Below, piece after piece: positions 24,212-36,189 of a stretch of DNA of 64,000 nucleotides; the stretch's first letter is position 1; every line of letters begins with the position of its first letter. The stretch is taken from assembly GCA_951406725.2 (NCBI GenBank), contig OX597817.1, positions 2,852,001 through 2,916,000 of the forward strand, written 5' to 3'. The stretch is from Octopus vulgaris. Taxonomy: Eukaryota. A program made the translations under genes and the position numbers. The notes beneath the pieces are model-generated. The model did no database searches. It was not told the origin of the DNA and worked only from the letters and a program-made list of their open reading frames with translations.

Positions 24212-26303
24212 TACAACGAGGACGAATCGTTAGCCAGAAATAGGAGTAACTACACCCCCTCGAAAGGTAAGAATAAAACACTTGATGATTTCTGTGACCA
24301 CATATCAAATTACCCATATCAACATATGCACAAACAAAAACACAAACCAAACTTCAGCAAAAAAGAATGGGCTGAGTTGAACAAATTAAAACTAGATAAA
24401 ACAATAACAATCAAAGAGGCCGATAAAGGGAGTACAGTTGTCTTAATGGATACGACATTTTACATAACTTTGGTACTTTCTATGCTGGAAGACACAACAT
24501 ACTATGAAAAGGCACAAAACTACAGTCAACAAAAAATAATGAGGGAACTAAAATCCATATTAAACCCATACAAAGCAGGGCTCACCGACAAAGAATATGA
24601 TTATATGACCAATTTCACAAGTAAAACTAGCCAATTCTACGGTATACCTAAGATCCACAAAAGTGAAAAAATAAGCAACGCATGCAAGATAGCTACAGAC
24701 AAAATAATTAAAGTCCCTAATCCTAATGACCTCAAATTGAGACCCATAATAGCAGGTCCCGCATGCGAAACCCACCGCCTCAGTAACTTTTTAGACACCC
24801 TGTTAAAACCACTCCTCAAACATGTCAAAAGCTATATAAGGGACGACTTAGATATGCTCAATCACCTACCGAATACTATAAACAAAAACACCATACTGGT
24901 ATCCTTCGATGTAGTCAACCTCTACTCCAATATCCCCCACAACCTAGGACTAGAGGCAATCCAATTCTGGCTAGAGAATCACGCCAACGAACTACCACAC
25001 CGCATCAAAAAAGAATTTGTGATAGAAGGGGTTAAATTCATCCTGGAAAATAACTTCTTCGCCTTCAATGACAACTTCTACCGACAAAAATCGGGGACTG
25101 CGATGGGTACACGAATGGCCCCCTCCTTTGCCAACCTAGTCATAGGATACCTAGAGATCAGTCTGTATCGTAAGGTTCTAGAAAGATATGGCAGCCCTTT
25201 CTCCATCTACATAGAAAACAACTGGAAGAGATATCTAGATGACTGTTTCATCCTTTGGCATAAAAATATAGAAAAACTCATAGAATTCCAGAAAATTTTA
25301 AACGGACTGGACGTAAACATCCAATTCACGATGGAATATAGCCAACAACAACTCCCCTTCCTCGATATCCTCATTAAGAAAGCTAATAATATAATAGAAA
25401 CAGACATATACTATAAGCCTACAGACTCTAAGCAATATCTTCCATTCAATTCATGCCACCCCAGACACACCAGGATGAATATCCCCTTCAATCTAGCAAA
25501 AAGGATATGCACTATAGTCTCTAACGCAAACACCAGAGACACACGACTACAAGAACTAAAAGATACCCTAATCACCAGGAACTATCCACCTTCACTTATT
25601 GACAAGTGCATTCAACGTGCCCTTCAACTTAACATCAAGGAACTGAGACATCCCAAATCAAAGAAAAACTTACAACCAAAAGCCTTACCATACATCTCCA
25701 CACACAACCCTCTCAATAACGAAGCCTTCGACACCATCCTCCACAACATACCCCTCCTAAAAAAAGACCACAGAATGAACACAATCCTCCAAACACACAC
25801 GATCATAAAAAGCAAAAGACAGCCTAGATCCATGAAAAGTCTCCTTACACAAGCCCGAATTCACTCTTCAACACAGAAGCCGACAGTAAAAAAATGTGGA
25901 AGACCCAATTGCGGGATATGCGACTATCTAATCGAGGGTTCTGAGTTCTCCTTCAAACAGGGACAACGGTTTACAGTGAAAAGCAACTTCACATGTGCTT
26001 CGGAGAACCTAATATACTCACTAACCTGCTCCGGGTGTCAAGAGCAGTACATAGGCCAAACAAAAAATGGTTTGCGTAAACGAATGGCCCTGCACAGATC
26101 CCAGATAAAAATTCCCCAAAACAGAAAAATAGTTTTTAGCCAACACATAGATACTTGCGCCAACAAAAAAACACCAAACTTCAGAATTTTTCCCCCTCTA
26201 CCAATTTAGGGACGATACAACCTCGAGACAACGAATAAGTAAAGAAAATCTCTTTATTACAAAATACAAGCCACTTCTTAACGGGTCTACGACAAACAAT
26301 TAA
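24212..26303 (+). CDS. Penelope-like reverse transcriptase + GIY-YIG endonuclease (N-terminally truncated, one terminal frameshift)
   Basis: ADKG motif, FYGIPKIHK, LRPII, SFDVVNLY, GTAMG, RYLDD, LPFLD, YKPT, CGRPNCGIC linker, LIY..C..C..QYIGQT..R..H. The frame is open upstream of the track ATG (24326) back to 24212. Removing one base in TTTTTCCCCC (~26187-26196) continues to ..RISKENLFITKYKPLLN..TAA at 26303. Confidence 0.93.
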
Positions 26304-26434
26304 TATACCTCAACTTTAGAATAAAAGAAAAAAATATATATACACACACAAATACTACACTCCATAGAATCCATTACTAATCAGCCCCTTCATAGCTATA
26401 TTTACACCCATTCATATTCTCCCTTCTCTGTTTT

Positions 26435-26685
26435 TTTCTTCTTCTTCTTCTTCCTCTTCTTCTTCATCATCATCATTATCATCATCATCGGCGTCATCAT
26501 CATCACCACCATCATCACCACCATCTTCTCCTTCTCCTCCTTCTTCTTCTTCTTCTTCTTCTTCTTCATCATCATCATTATCATCATCATCGTCGTCATA
26601 ATCATCACCACCATCACCATCATCGTCATCTTCTCCTTCTCCTTCTTCTTCTTCTTCTTCTTCTTCTTCTTCTTCTTCTTCTTCT
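26435..26685. repeat. Compound (TTC)n/(ATC)n/(ACC)n array, internally duplicated, within the PLE 3' region
   Basis: Directly visible; source of the poly-K/M and poly-E/D ORFs. Confidence 0.95.
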
Positions 26686-27036
26686 CCACCCCTACCCCTT
26701 AAGTTTGTCACTAATGTTTTTTAGTATAACACCTACGCTAATTCTATAAACAAGCCTGTCAATATAAATATTCTCCTGAATTGAACTGAGACTGCCAGCC
26801 GCCACTGACCATTCAAAATACGACCATCAGGGCACTCCCAGATTCTCCCACCCCCTTTCCTCACCAGCCTTCCCTCTACTACCCTACCAAGAACTCACAA
26901 CTACCTCGAACACACAAGTGCAAACAAGGGAGTCAGAGAAAGGCAGAATGCCTCTTAAATCTGAACACTACTATAGAAATATTCTTTTAAAAAAACTTTT
27001 CTTCTAATTTTTCTAAATTTAATTATTTAATCGTTA

Positions 27037-27074
27037 CAGTTGAAAAGGTCTCAAAATGACCGAAACCGGTACTG
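27037..27074 (+). ncRNA. Non-canonical minimal hammerhead-like motif at the PLE 3' end
   Basis: CAG-TTGAAAA-GGTC-tcaaaat-GACC-GAAA-CCGG-TA-CTG: stem I, degenerate core, stem II, GAAA, palindromic stem III (ACCGGT), UH. Activity untested. Confidence 0.5.
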
Positions 27075-27148
27075 AAATGTTCACTATAAAATTATTTTAG
27101 CATTTTCTATTTTTTACTTGTTTTTTCATATATATATATATATATATA

Positions 27149-27324
27149 GGGGAGAATTCACAAAAAAAAGACGACGACGTATGGTGTAGACAACAAACAG
27201 ATGTATTAGTTTAACGCTCGGGAAATGAAAAAGTCTTTAACATTTCGAGCCTACGCTCTTCCACAGGAAGAAACAAGGAGAGAAAATAAAGAACGTTTTG
27301 GGGCTAGCGATCTATCATGGTGAA

Positions 27325-27327
<3 letters not shown>
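27149..27327 (-). mobile_element. Short Penelope pseudo-LTR-like element in (TA)n with hammerhead-like motif
   Basis: Reverse complement is homologous to 38268-38432; motif CTGTGGAA-GAGC-GTAG-GCTC-GAAA-TG-TT at 27234-27270. Confidence 0.7.
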
Positions 27328-27380
<53 letters not shown>

Positions 27381-28307
27381 GCATAACTATCGACTTAACT
27401 ATGCCTACCTATAAGTAGCTATATTAACATATATACATATGTTATATAAGCATAGGTAGGTAGGCAGGTAGGTAGGTAGGCAGGTAGGTAGGTAGGTATT
27501 CGCGTGCTTAATTATATGTGTATACATTTATATACATAGATATGTATTTGTATAAAAAGTACTGAAACCTCTGGAGCTGGTACCTCACAACAGTTACGGC
27601 AATTGATTAAAACCAAACAAATTATGGTTTCAAAGGAGAACCAAAATTTAGTCATATTCTCGGCATTTATGAAATATCATGATGAGGTGATCCCTATTCT
27701 CAGCCTCGTCTTCTTGTCATGTCTCTGCTAAATTAACGGGCGGAAACATACTGCGTAGTTAAGAGGCTTGTTTTGTAATCACATAGTTCTGAGTGCGATC
27801 CTCATTAGCTCACCAAGGTTAATTTTGCCTTCTGGAGTCAATGAAATATAGTACAAGATTCTCAAGTGATCCAAATGTTTTAAGTGAAATTTGGCGGAGG
27901 GAAATTGTGCCAAAACTCCAGTTTGATTGGTTTAACAAGTTTTCGTGCGATGGAGTTAATCCATCGCACACCTTACGTGAGTTTAACAGATTCCACTATA
28001 TTGCAAACACTTAGGCTAAATATCCGGTCAGTGTATAGAAGGTCATTTGCGGATGTGGGATTTTAAAGTTATTAAAAATGACATGAAAGCATCGTCTCTT
28101 CTTCAAGCTAAATTTAGTGACTCAAATTTCGACATGATTAGGCTATTGAAGTTAAGATCATAAAAGCGTGAGATGGACTCTTGAGTGAGTGGTGCGTTGT
28201 ATCCCGGAAAAAGGCACTTTATTTAAAGTTGCTCCAGATTATTCAGCTGAAAATGAATAGCAAAAGAATGTTGCTACGGCACCGGCTTCCCACTTACATA
28301 CACGATT

Positions 28308-28368
<61 letters not shown>

Positions 28369-28393
28369 GCTACTGGGTCAATGGCGGGAGAGG

Positions 28394-28470
<77 letters not shown>

Positions 28471-28485
28471 ATCTATCTATCTATA

Positions 28486-28965
28486 GGATTAGAGACAAAC
28501 ACTTTCCTCTCTGGTCAATCTCTCATCAACTTCAAGTATCACTTGAAAAGGAAAGTGAGAGTAGAGAAGCAAGTTTTGTCTAGCGAATGTTTCAAAAAAA
28601 GAATGGATGAATGTAACAAGGATAGCACGTATGAATGACGAAGCCACCTTGAGCATGATCCTATGAACCCGGAAAAATTTAAAACAGACAGTTACTTGCA
28701 AATAAATGTGTTAACATGTGACATTATTGACCGAGGTTGCCGTGGTCTTTTCCGTAGGCTTTTCTTTCCACGGATAAACCTTATCTGTTTCCTCCTTTAC
28801 ACTTTACATCATGACATTTCTGTGATACACGATCCTTATTGATCGTTTTTTTTTTTCGAAAACCTACCTCCACCTTATTTTCTTTTTTTTTCTCCCCAAA
28901 AAGAAAAGCTCTACTTTGTAATTTGTCCCCTCTGTGTTCAGCCCTGTGTGGCTAATAAAGAAACA
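28486..28965 (+). mobile_element. 5'-truncated 3' end of a Tx1-like (L1 clade) LINE
   Basis: Translates SLINFKYHLKRKVRVEKQVLSSECFKK(fs)RWMNV..MIL*, resembling Tx1 ORF2 C-termini from memory. Pyrimidine-rich 3' UTR ending AATAAAGAAA. Begins directly after (TCTA)n and is followed by TATCTATC. Confidence 0.6.
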
Positions 28966-29783
28966 TATCTATCCTCGCCACTGCTCACATTCCTAAAACA
29001 ATTAGCGAAATCACAGCCCTGTAGCTAGAGTGTGTGCAGCCCGTCAGAAGCCTTGAGTGCATTGCCATTCCCAGCCCGGACTCCAAACCTATACAGGAGG
29101 ATAATATACAGGTTTATAGAGCAGACTCAAAAATGCCTTCCTCGTGAAAGTGCCGCCCAGAAACCCAATCCACCACTTCTGTCAGAATGGTACATGTATT
29201 CAGGTCATACTCGCTGGCGTGGGACAGAGTTAACGTAGAAAATCTTGAACTTAGAAAATACATATTAATGAAACACTCGGCAATGATTTGCAAAATTATA
29301 ATAGTGTGAAACACTGAGTAGGCTGTTCACAAGTAATCCCATTGTTTATAAACAAGGCATATTCTGAAGGCAGTATACGAATTGCCGATCCTTCAACTCA
29401 AAGTCCGGTTAACTATCGACCAGGCTGAATGGAAACACTAAAATAGAATAGATATATGTATAGGTTATTTTATTTTTATAAAACATATTAGATAACTATG
29501 AACTTTTATCTTTACAAACAAATCACAAGAATGTCGCGGTTGTGTATGTGTAACAAGGTTATATGTATGTATATATGTATGTACGTAAGAAGTACGTACG
29601 TATTTATGTATGTATATATATTTTCATGTATAAATATACATATATTTACATATATATGTGTTTTTGTGCGTATATATATTTCTATCCGTATCTACATGTT
29701 TATGCATATATATATATGCTTATACACACACATACACACATGTATATATATATATACATACTTACATATACATACATACATGC

Positions 29784-29819
<36 letters not shown>

Positions 29820-29916
29820 GGATGTATGTATATACATACATGTGTATATGCGTATATATATATATGTCTATATATCTATACATATATGAGTTTATGTAAA
29901 CATATATATGTGTACG

Positions 29917-29956
<40 letters not shown>

Positions 29957-31081
29957 TGCACGCACACATACACACAACACACAACACATACACACAGAAG
30001 CTGTTTAAAATATCTCAGTACCATCACATGATTAAATACGTCGAGTGACATTTCGGAGTTGGCTCTTTTAGTCTCTAAGAGTATTTAGAGTAACTCTAAA
30101 TGTAAGATAAAAAAGCAAAAAAATACAAAACAAAAACAGAAAATCCAGATTACAAAATATATATATATATAAAATAAACAATAGCAAACAAAAAAAAATG
30201 CCGAAAAGGACATTCAGAAGTTTCGGGGAAACGAAATTTGATACGGACTATTTTTAGGTATAATAAATACATACATCTATGCTTCCCTATCTCCTCCTTC
30301 TTCTCCAGCTCCTGATCCTGCCCCTCCAGCTCCTCCTTGTGCTCCTCCTCCCCTCTATCTTTCTTTGTTTGTCTATCTATCTATCTATCTCACACTATTT
30401 ATCAAGCTCTTTACAGAAACACACACACACACACACACACACACCATACTACACCTACACACACGTGTGTAGGCGTACTTGTTATCCTGCATGAAACTGT
30501 GTGTCAATCTCTCTCTCTCCCCCCACTCTCTCTTTCAGACACAGATTGTCTGAAAAATAAACTTGCTCTCCGTCGGCAAAATAGAAGCAGTGATTAGCAT
30601 ATACACGTTCGAATCTAGCGGAGCATATTAGGAATGAATATGCTCATCACTGTTGCAAAATTATAATAATGTGAAACACTGAGTAGGCTGTTCCCTTGAC
30701 GATTTATTATCGGTTTGACATGCATCCAACATGCATCAGTAAATAATTTCTTTAGTGATGTCTATAAACATAGACCAAAGCCTTTCATCAGATTCATTGA
30801 TACAGGCTTCCTTCAACTGACGAGACACAGCCTGCGTGAAATAACGCGCTGTGTCGTTGTCCCCTTGCATCCATGAATCGAGTGTACTGTGCATACACAT
30901 AGAAGAATTTGACGTCCGTAGACAAAATACTACAGACATTAGCTTATTCACGCATTAAGAATGAATATGTACATCTATGTTTTCTTTTACGCTGTCCTCC
31001 GTGCGCCTGACGATTAATTATGTATACATACATACATATGTACATACATATATACATACATGCAGACATACATACATACAT

Positions 31082-31250
31082 AATAAAAAATACTGGTGGA
31101 ATGTCCCAGTGAAAACCTCAATAAAATGTAAATATGATAGACCTGGTATAATATTTTGAGACAGAGAAGAGGAACTGTGTACAGTTATGGAAATCAGCTG
31201 CCTAGCGGATATTAATATAACGCTGAAGATGAGTGAAAAAGAGAATACGG
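31082..31250 (+). pseudogene. R4/Dong-like LINE fragment (restriction-like endonuclease part)
   Basis: KKYWWNVPVKTSIKCKYDRPGIIF*DREE..VMEISC.ADIN..LK.SEKENT; homologous to 36590-36760; starts right after (CATA)n. Confidence 0.8.
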
Positions 31251-32022
31251 TGCTTATATACCAATCATATATAGCAATAGACGCGGATATCATTCAAGCA
31301 CTTAGCAATAATCCAGGTTAAGGCTAACTGAATTGGGTTGTAAGTGAGCACCTAGAATTACTTGAGATAGTCAATTCCACTGGGTATTATCCGATGGGTG
31401 AATCCTGGGTTCGCTTCTCTGTGTTATGAATAACCGACTGCATATCGAATATAGAAATAATGAATACCGAGATTAGTACATTTGCATAATTTTTTAATTA
31501 AGCTATAATCTATTTAAATGGATAGACATTGGATAAAGGTGCATGGACTAATCACTATTAAAAGTAGCTAGATGCAAATGCGGTCGTTAGATGTCTATTC
31601 AGCAGAAACGTACGTCAGGCAATATGCGGCAATTGACTGAAAGTTTATACAAATGTACTAATTTCCGAATTCATCGATACTATTTTGTGTGTGTGTGTGT
31701 ATGTATGTGTGTGTGTATGTGTGTTTGTGTGTGTGTGTTTGTATGTGTGTGTGTATATATATATATATATTGTTTGATAGAAACTCTCAGCTTATTTTGC
31801 TGGGTATGATGGAAAGTGTCAGCTGACCACAACCAGCAAAGTAAGGTGACACTTGTTCAATGGTCATGCTTTAAGAACCCTGCTAAGTGCTCTTGCAGAT
31901 CTAAGCAATGCTGGTTTTTGTAGGTATTCTATCTTTACATTTGTACCAATCTTTTTTTAGCCATGCTGGTAGTTTATCGCTGATACTTCTAAGTATGTCA
32001 ATTACTATTGGTATCACGTCTA

Positions 32023-32542
32023 CCGTAAGTCCTTGAGTATAGTCTGCCCTTGCGTATAATACGCAGGGGATTTTTAGGGGACTGTACTTCTGAAAAACCT
32101 AAACTTGTGTATAATACGCACCTCTTCTCTAACTTGAGTCGTGCGTAATTAAGCCAGCAGCACCTAGTCGAACAAATACTTCCGTGCATGCGTAATACAA
32201 TAATGGTGATGTTCTTAACTGTTATATGGGAATGTAAATATGTTTGCAAATTGTTTTCTTACATGTTTTTCTGTGTTCTGAATACTTTTATTTTAATAAA
32301 TGTTGCTTACTGCAAGTTATGGATGATTCTTTTATGACTTCATTGCTTTCAGGCTTAGCTTAAGGTATTTTCGCGCCCGACATCACAAAATGCGTCTGAA
32401 TAAACATTGCCAGAAAGCAAATAGAGACTCGGATATTGCTTAGAAAATATTTTTCATTTTTAACCTCGTATAAGGTAGGTATTAGGGATTTTAACCTTTA
32501 AATTTTTGGAAATAAATGCGTATTATACTCGAGGATTTATGG
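32023..32542. mobile_element. pogo/Tigger-type MITE
   Basis: TA|CCGTAAGTCCTTGAGTATA ... TATACTCGAGGATTTATGG|TA; subterminal GTATAATACGCA repeats; TA TSD. Confidence 0.85.
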
Positions 32543-33106
32543 TACTCTCCTCATTGATCACAACCTTCATATTTCCGCTTCAAATCATTGTAGTTGTTCA
32601 GTTTTTCTTCTTTCTCTTTAATTCTGTTCTCACCGGTACATACTGTGTCGATTATCATACAATTTTCTTTCTTTCTTATTCACTACAACAATGTCCAGTT
32701 ATATTCCATGTTATATTCTATAAATTGCATAGGTTATTAAGCGCGGGTAAAACTACATCCACACCATTTTATGGCTCAATTTCCTAGCACAATTTTTCAT
32801 TTCAAATATTTGATTAGTTCCATACAATGCATGCTAAGAGCAGAATACAGTAAGAAAAACACAAAACAAACAATTTCAATAGAATTTTAAAATGTTCATT
32901 TTTCAACATTTTTCTCAATATCTTATACGAAATGTCAACAATATTACACAATATTACATACATTTTTTATCGTATTATTAAATTAATTTAAATGAATTTA
33001 GCATGAAGGTGATTTTATCGAAAATATTTCTGATATGCAAAAATGTTTTCCAGTTTCCAAACAACTCAGTGGATTACTGTTCTTTTCATAATCATTCTCT
33101 ATGCTA

Positions 33107-33206
33107 TACATACATGCATACATACATACATACATACATACATACATACATACATACATACATACATACATACATACATACATACATACATACATACATA
33201 CATACA

Positions 33207-33237
<31 letters not shown>
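33107..33237. repeat. (CATA)n microsatellite
   Basis: Directly visible; source of the HTYI/MYVC ORFs. Confidence 0.97.
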
Positions 33238-33238
<1 letters not shown>

Positions 33239-33444
33239 CGATGGCTGCAAAGTCATGATCGAGTATTGCCATCGCCTGATCGAAAGTCTCATACATGCAA
33301 AGGCTACGACCAGCCATTTTTGTAATATGTCTTACTTGTTTTCCAAACGATACCTATACATGATGTTTGTTTTGTATTGGGAAAAGAACTACCAAGGTAC
33401 TGCCAATTCGGATAGCTTGTTCCTCTGTTGGGTCGACATTCGGC

Positions 33445-34800
33445 ATAGTCTCTCTCATTTATTCTCTTCATTTAGCAACCTTTTATTATGGGGCCTCCAA
33501 GTCTCTCTCTTTGCAGCCTCATTAAATGCAAGTGATCCATCATCCATGCGGACACATTTCTCTCCTATGATATCACGATTCTCTCTCAATCACTGTCTTG
33601 CAACATGAAACACTTCAAGTCTTTGGTCCTCACGACGCAGAACATTGGCAAATGTTTTCTTATCAGTTTCCCTTCTGGCTAAATAAACCTGACTCCTAGC
33701 TTCCCTTCTGGCAATGTGATGCAATTCCCTGCTACCATCGTTCTTCCATGCCAGTTTCTTTTCCTTATTGGCCCTGTCAACTACATTGTTCCATCACTTT
33801 ACCTTAGGTCGAGAGGGGACTTTGCACCATCCACAGATCTGGTTAGTAGCCCTCAACAGGTTGTCCTGTAGGAACCTTCAGTTTCTTCCACATCGTGTGA
33901 TGCTATATCCTCTATTTCGAGTAATACGTCTCTAAATCTCTAAATCCTTAAGCTTCCAAACCCTTCTTCCCTATCCTGGTCATCTTCTAGGCATCCATTT
34001 AGCCCTGATCCTGAAGTCGCTAACAACTAATCTATGTTGTGGGGGTGCAATCTTCACCTGGGAAGGTTTTGGCATTTATAAGTAGCCATCTTTCCCGTTT
34101 CCTAGCAAGGATGTAGTCAATTTCACTAGTGTGTCCACAAGACCGGTACGTGAATAGGCGACTGGCAGGTTTCCTAAAGTTAGTATTACAAACCGTTAGA
34201 TCATTTACATCGCAGAACTCCAGCAGCCTGATTCCCTCAGCAGCCGGAACCAAAACTATACCTAACATGTACGCCATAGAAGACCCCTGCATGTGTTCCA
34301 ACATGCCCAGTGAAGTCGCCAACCACAAAGAGAAGGCCCCTGTCATTCGTCAACGAGGTAGTCTGCAAGAGGATGTCATAAAATCGGTCTTTCTGTTCAT
34401 CCTGTAGCCCTGGTTGAGGAGTATAGGCCGAGATAATGGTTGCTAATCCATGTTGTAGAACTAATTTAATTTTAAGTATTCTATCACACACTCTGACTAC
34501 CTCGATCACCTTATCAATCCATTTCTCTGCAAGAAGTATACCCACACCCCGACCCCGTCAGTGTTCCCTACCCAGAAATTCTTATGCTTATGTTCTTTGC
34601 CTGTGAAGAACCTAGCAGAACTTCTCCTTCACCTTACTTATTGGGTACAGCACAAATCTATGCGTCTCCGTTCAAGCATCTCAACAATCTCAACAGACCC
34701 ACCTTTCAATGTGCCAACATTAAGTGTGCCAACTCTGATGGTGTGGAAGGTGACCCTGGGATGGGGGACAGCAGCGTCATGTACCTGAAAAGAAAGCTCG
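33445..34800 (-). pseudogene. RTE-clade LINE fragment: AP-endonuclease and linker, RT missing
   Basis: IRVGTLNVGTL..EMLERRRIDLCC.Q, VGILLAEKW, ISAYTPQPG, VGDFTGHVG, LLEFC..NTNFRK, IDYIL across frameshifted ORFs 34638.., 34237.., 34032..; the probable 5' UTR extends to ~35250. Confidence 0.9.
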
Positions 34801-35418
34801 TATTTGGTGGAACTCATAAACATACAATAGCTTTCAACCTGCATGCATTACACCATCATTTTATGCGCTACATAATCACTACATTACATGGGAGATAAAC
34901 CCTAAGTAGTGATGGGGGAACATTATGCCTTTGGAGGTGTCCATGAGAAAGACATCAGATAGAGGTCAGAGGATAAAGACTTCTGGTGCAGGTGGTTGGG
35001 GTGGGAAGGTCAGGAGCACCACGAAACAGCTAAAACTCAGACTGCCGGTGTGAAAGAATAGTAATAATAATAATGAGATAGAATGAATTGGGTATTTGCA
35101 TTCTTAACTAGAGTTTAACCAACAGTTTTCGGTCAGCCAAACTTTGACAAAATTAGACAAGTGAATAAATGACAATAATAAATGAGCGTGAAAGAGAGGG
35201 AGAAGGGAGAGGAGAAGGGAGAGTTGGATTGAGCGTCGGGTTCTTAAGTTTTTTCTCTAAACAAACGGCATGGAAGACGAAACTGTGTTTACTTAGATAG
35301 ATAATGAAATGAAATAATAAAAGTAATTATAATTTGCGCTGAAAAAGAGTTCCTAGAAGTGTGCTAGGTTGGAAAACGAAGTTGCTTATCTGAACATCTG
35401 ATTTCTACTCTATGTGCG

Positions 35419-35481
<63 letters not shown>

Positions 35482-35573
35482 AATATATATATATAAATGT
35501 GTGTGTGTGCGTGTGATGATTGCTCCATCTTGACAGATGATAGCCGTCCCATCAACACACACACCACACACCA

Positions 35574-35915
35574 TCACAAGGTACAATCACTCCGCTGGTG
35601 TGCCCTCAGATGACTTTTAAAACCGGCTGCTGACTGACAGGGTTTTAAACACAAGTGACAGATATTATTCAAGTTTCTTCTCTCTCTTTGTCCTTTGGAA
35701 TCTGATTCTGAAGGAATGTTCTTCTGAACTAGCATATATCCTTTCAGTCCAAATATTACAAGTTTTGTGACATATGACACACAAGTCGTAAGAGGCGGTT
35801 GGTGTTCAATATTATTACCTACCTGGGCATTTCGGTTTTCGTGTGATTTCATATGATTCACATATCCTGATTTTGATAACATAACACGATCATCTTTTGC
35901 TCTCAGGCATTGCAA
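35574..35915 (-). pseudogene. C2H2 zinc-finger cluster, probable C-terminus of an RTE-type LINE ORF
   Basis: SKSGYVNHMKSH and CHLCLKPCQSAAGFKSHLRAH, plus a decayed middle finger. S..G..SH.R.H fingers are typical of LINE C-termini; no TGEKP linkers. Confidence 0.6.
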
Positions 35916-35970
35916 TCAGTCCTAACAAGTACCTCTCCACTTGTTCCGATCCAGAACATCAATTTCCCAA

Positions 35971-36180
35971 TGTATGTATGTATGTATGTATGTATGTATG
36001 TATGTATGTATGTATGTGTGTGTATGTATGCATGTATGTACGTATGTATGTATGTATGTATGTATGTATGTATGTATGTATGTATGTATGTTTGTATGTA
36101 TGTATGTATGTATGTATGTATGTGTGTGTGTGTGTGTGTATGTTTGTATGTACGTATGTATGTATATATGCACGCATGTA
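35971..36180. repeat. (TATG)n microsatellite
   Basis: Directly visible. Confidence 0.97.
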
Positions 36181-36189
36181 TATATGTCA

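Larger units (their letters stand above)
24209..27130 (+). mobile_element. Penelope-like retroelement (Neptune-like), 5'-truncated, inserted in (TA)n
   Basis: RT + GIY-YIG ORF and ~800-bp 3' region ending in a hammerhead-like motif; (TA)n at both junctions. Confidence 0.92.

Noticed and set aside
30736-30951. 71-aa minus-strand ORF of normal composition as a host exon
   Set aside because: No recognisable domain or clear splice sites; the region may be a decayed transposon on the opposite strand.
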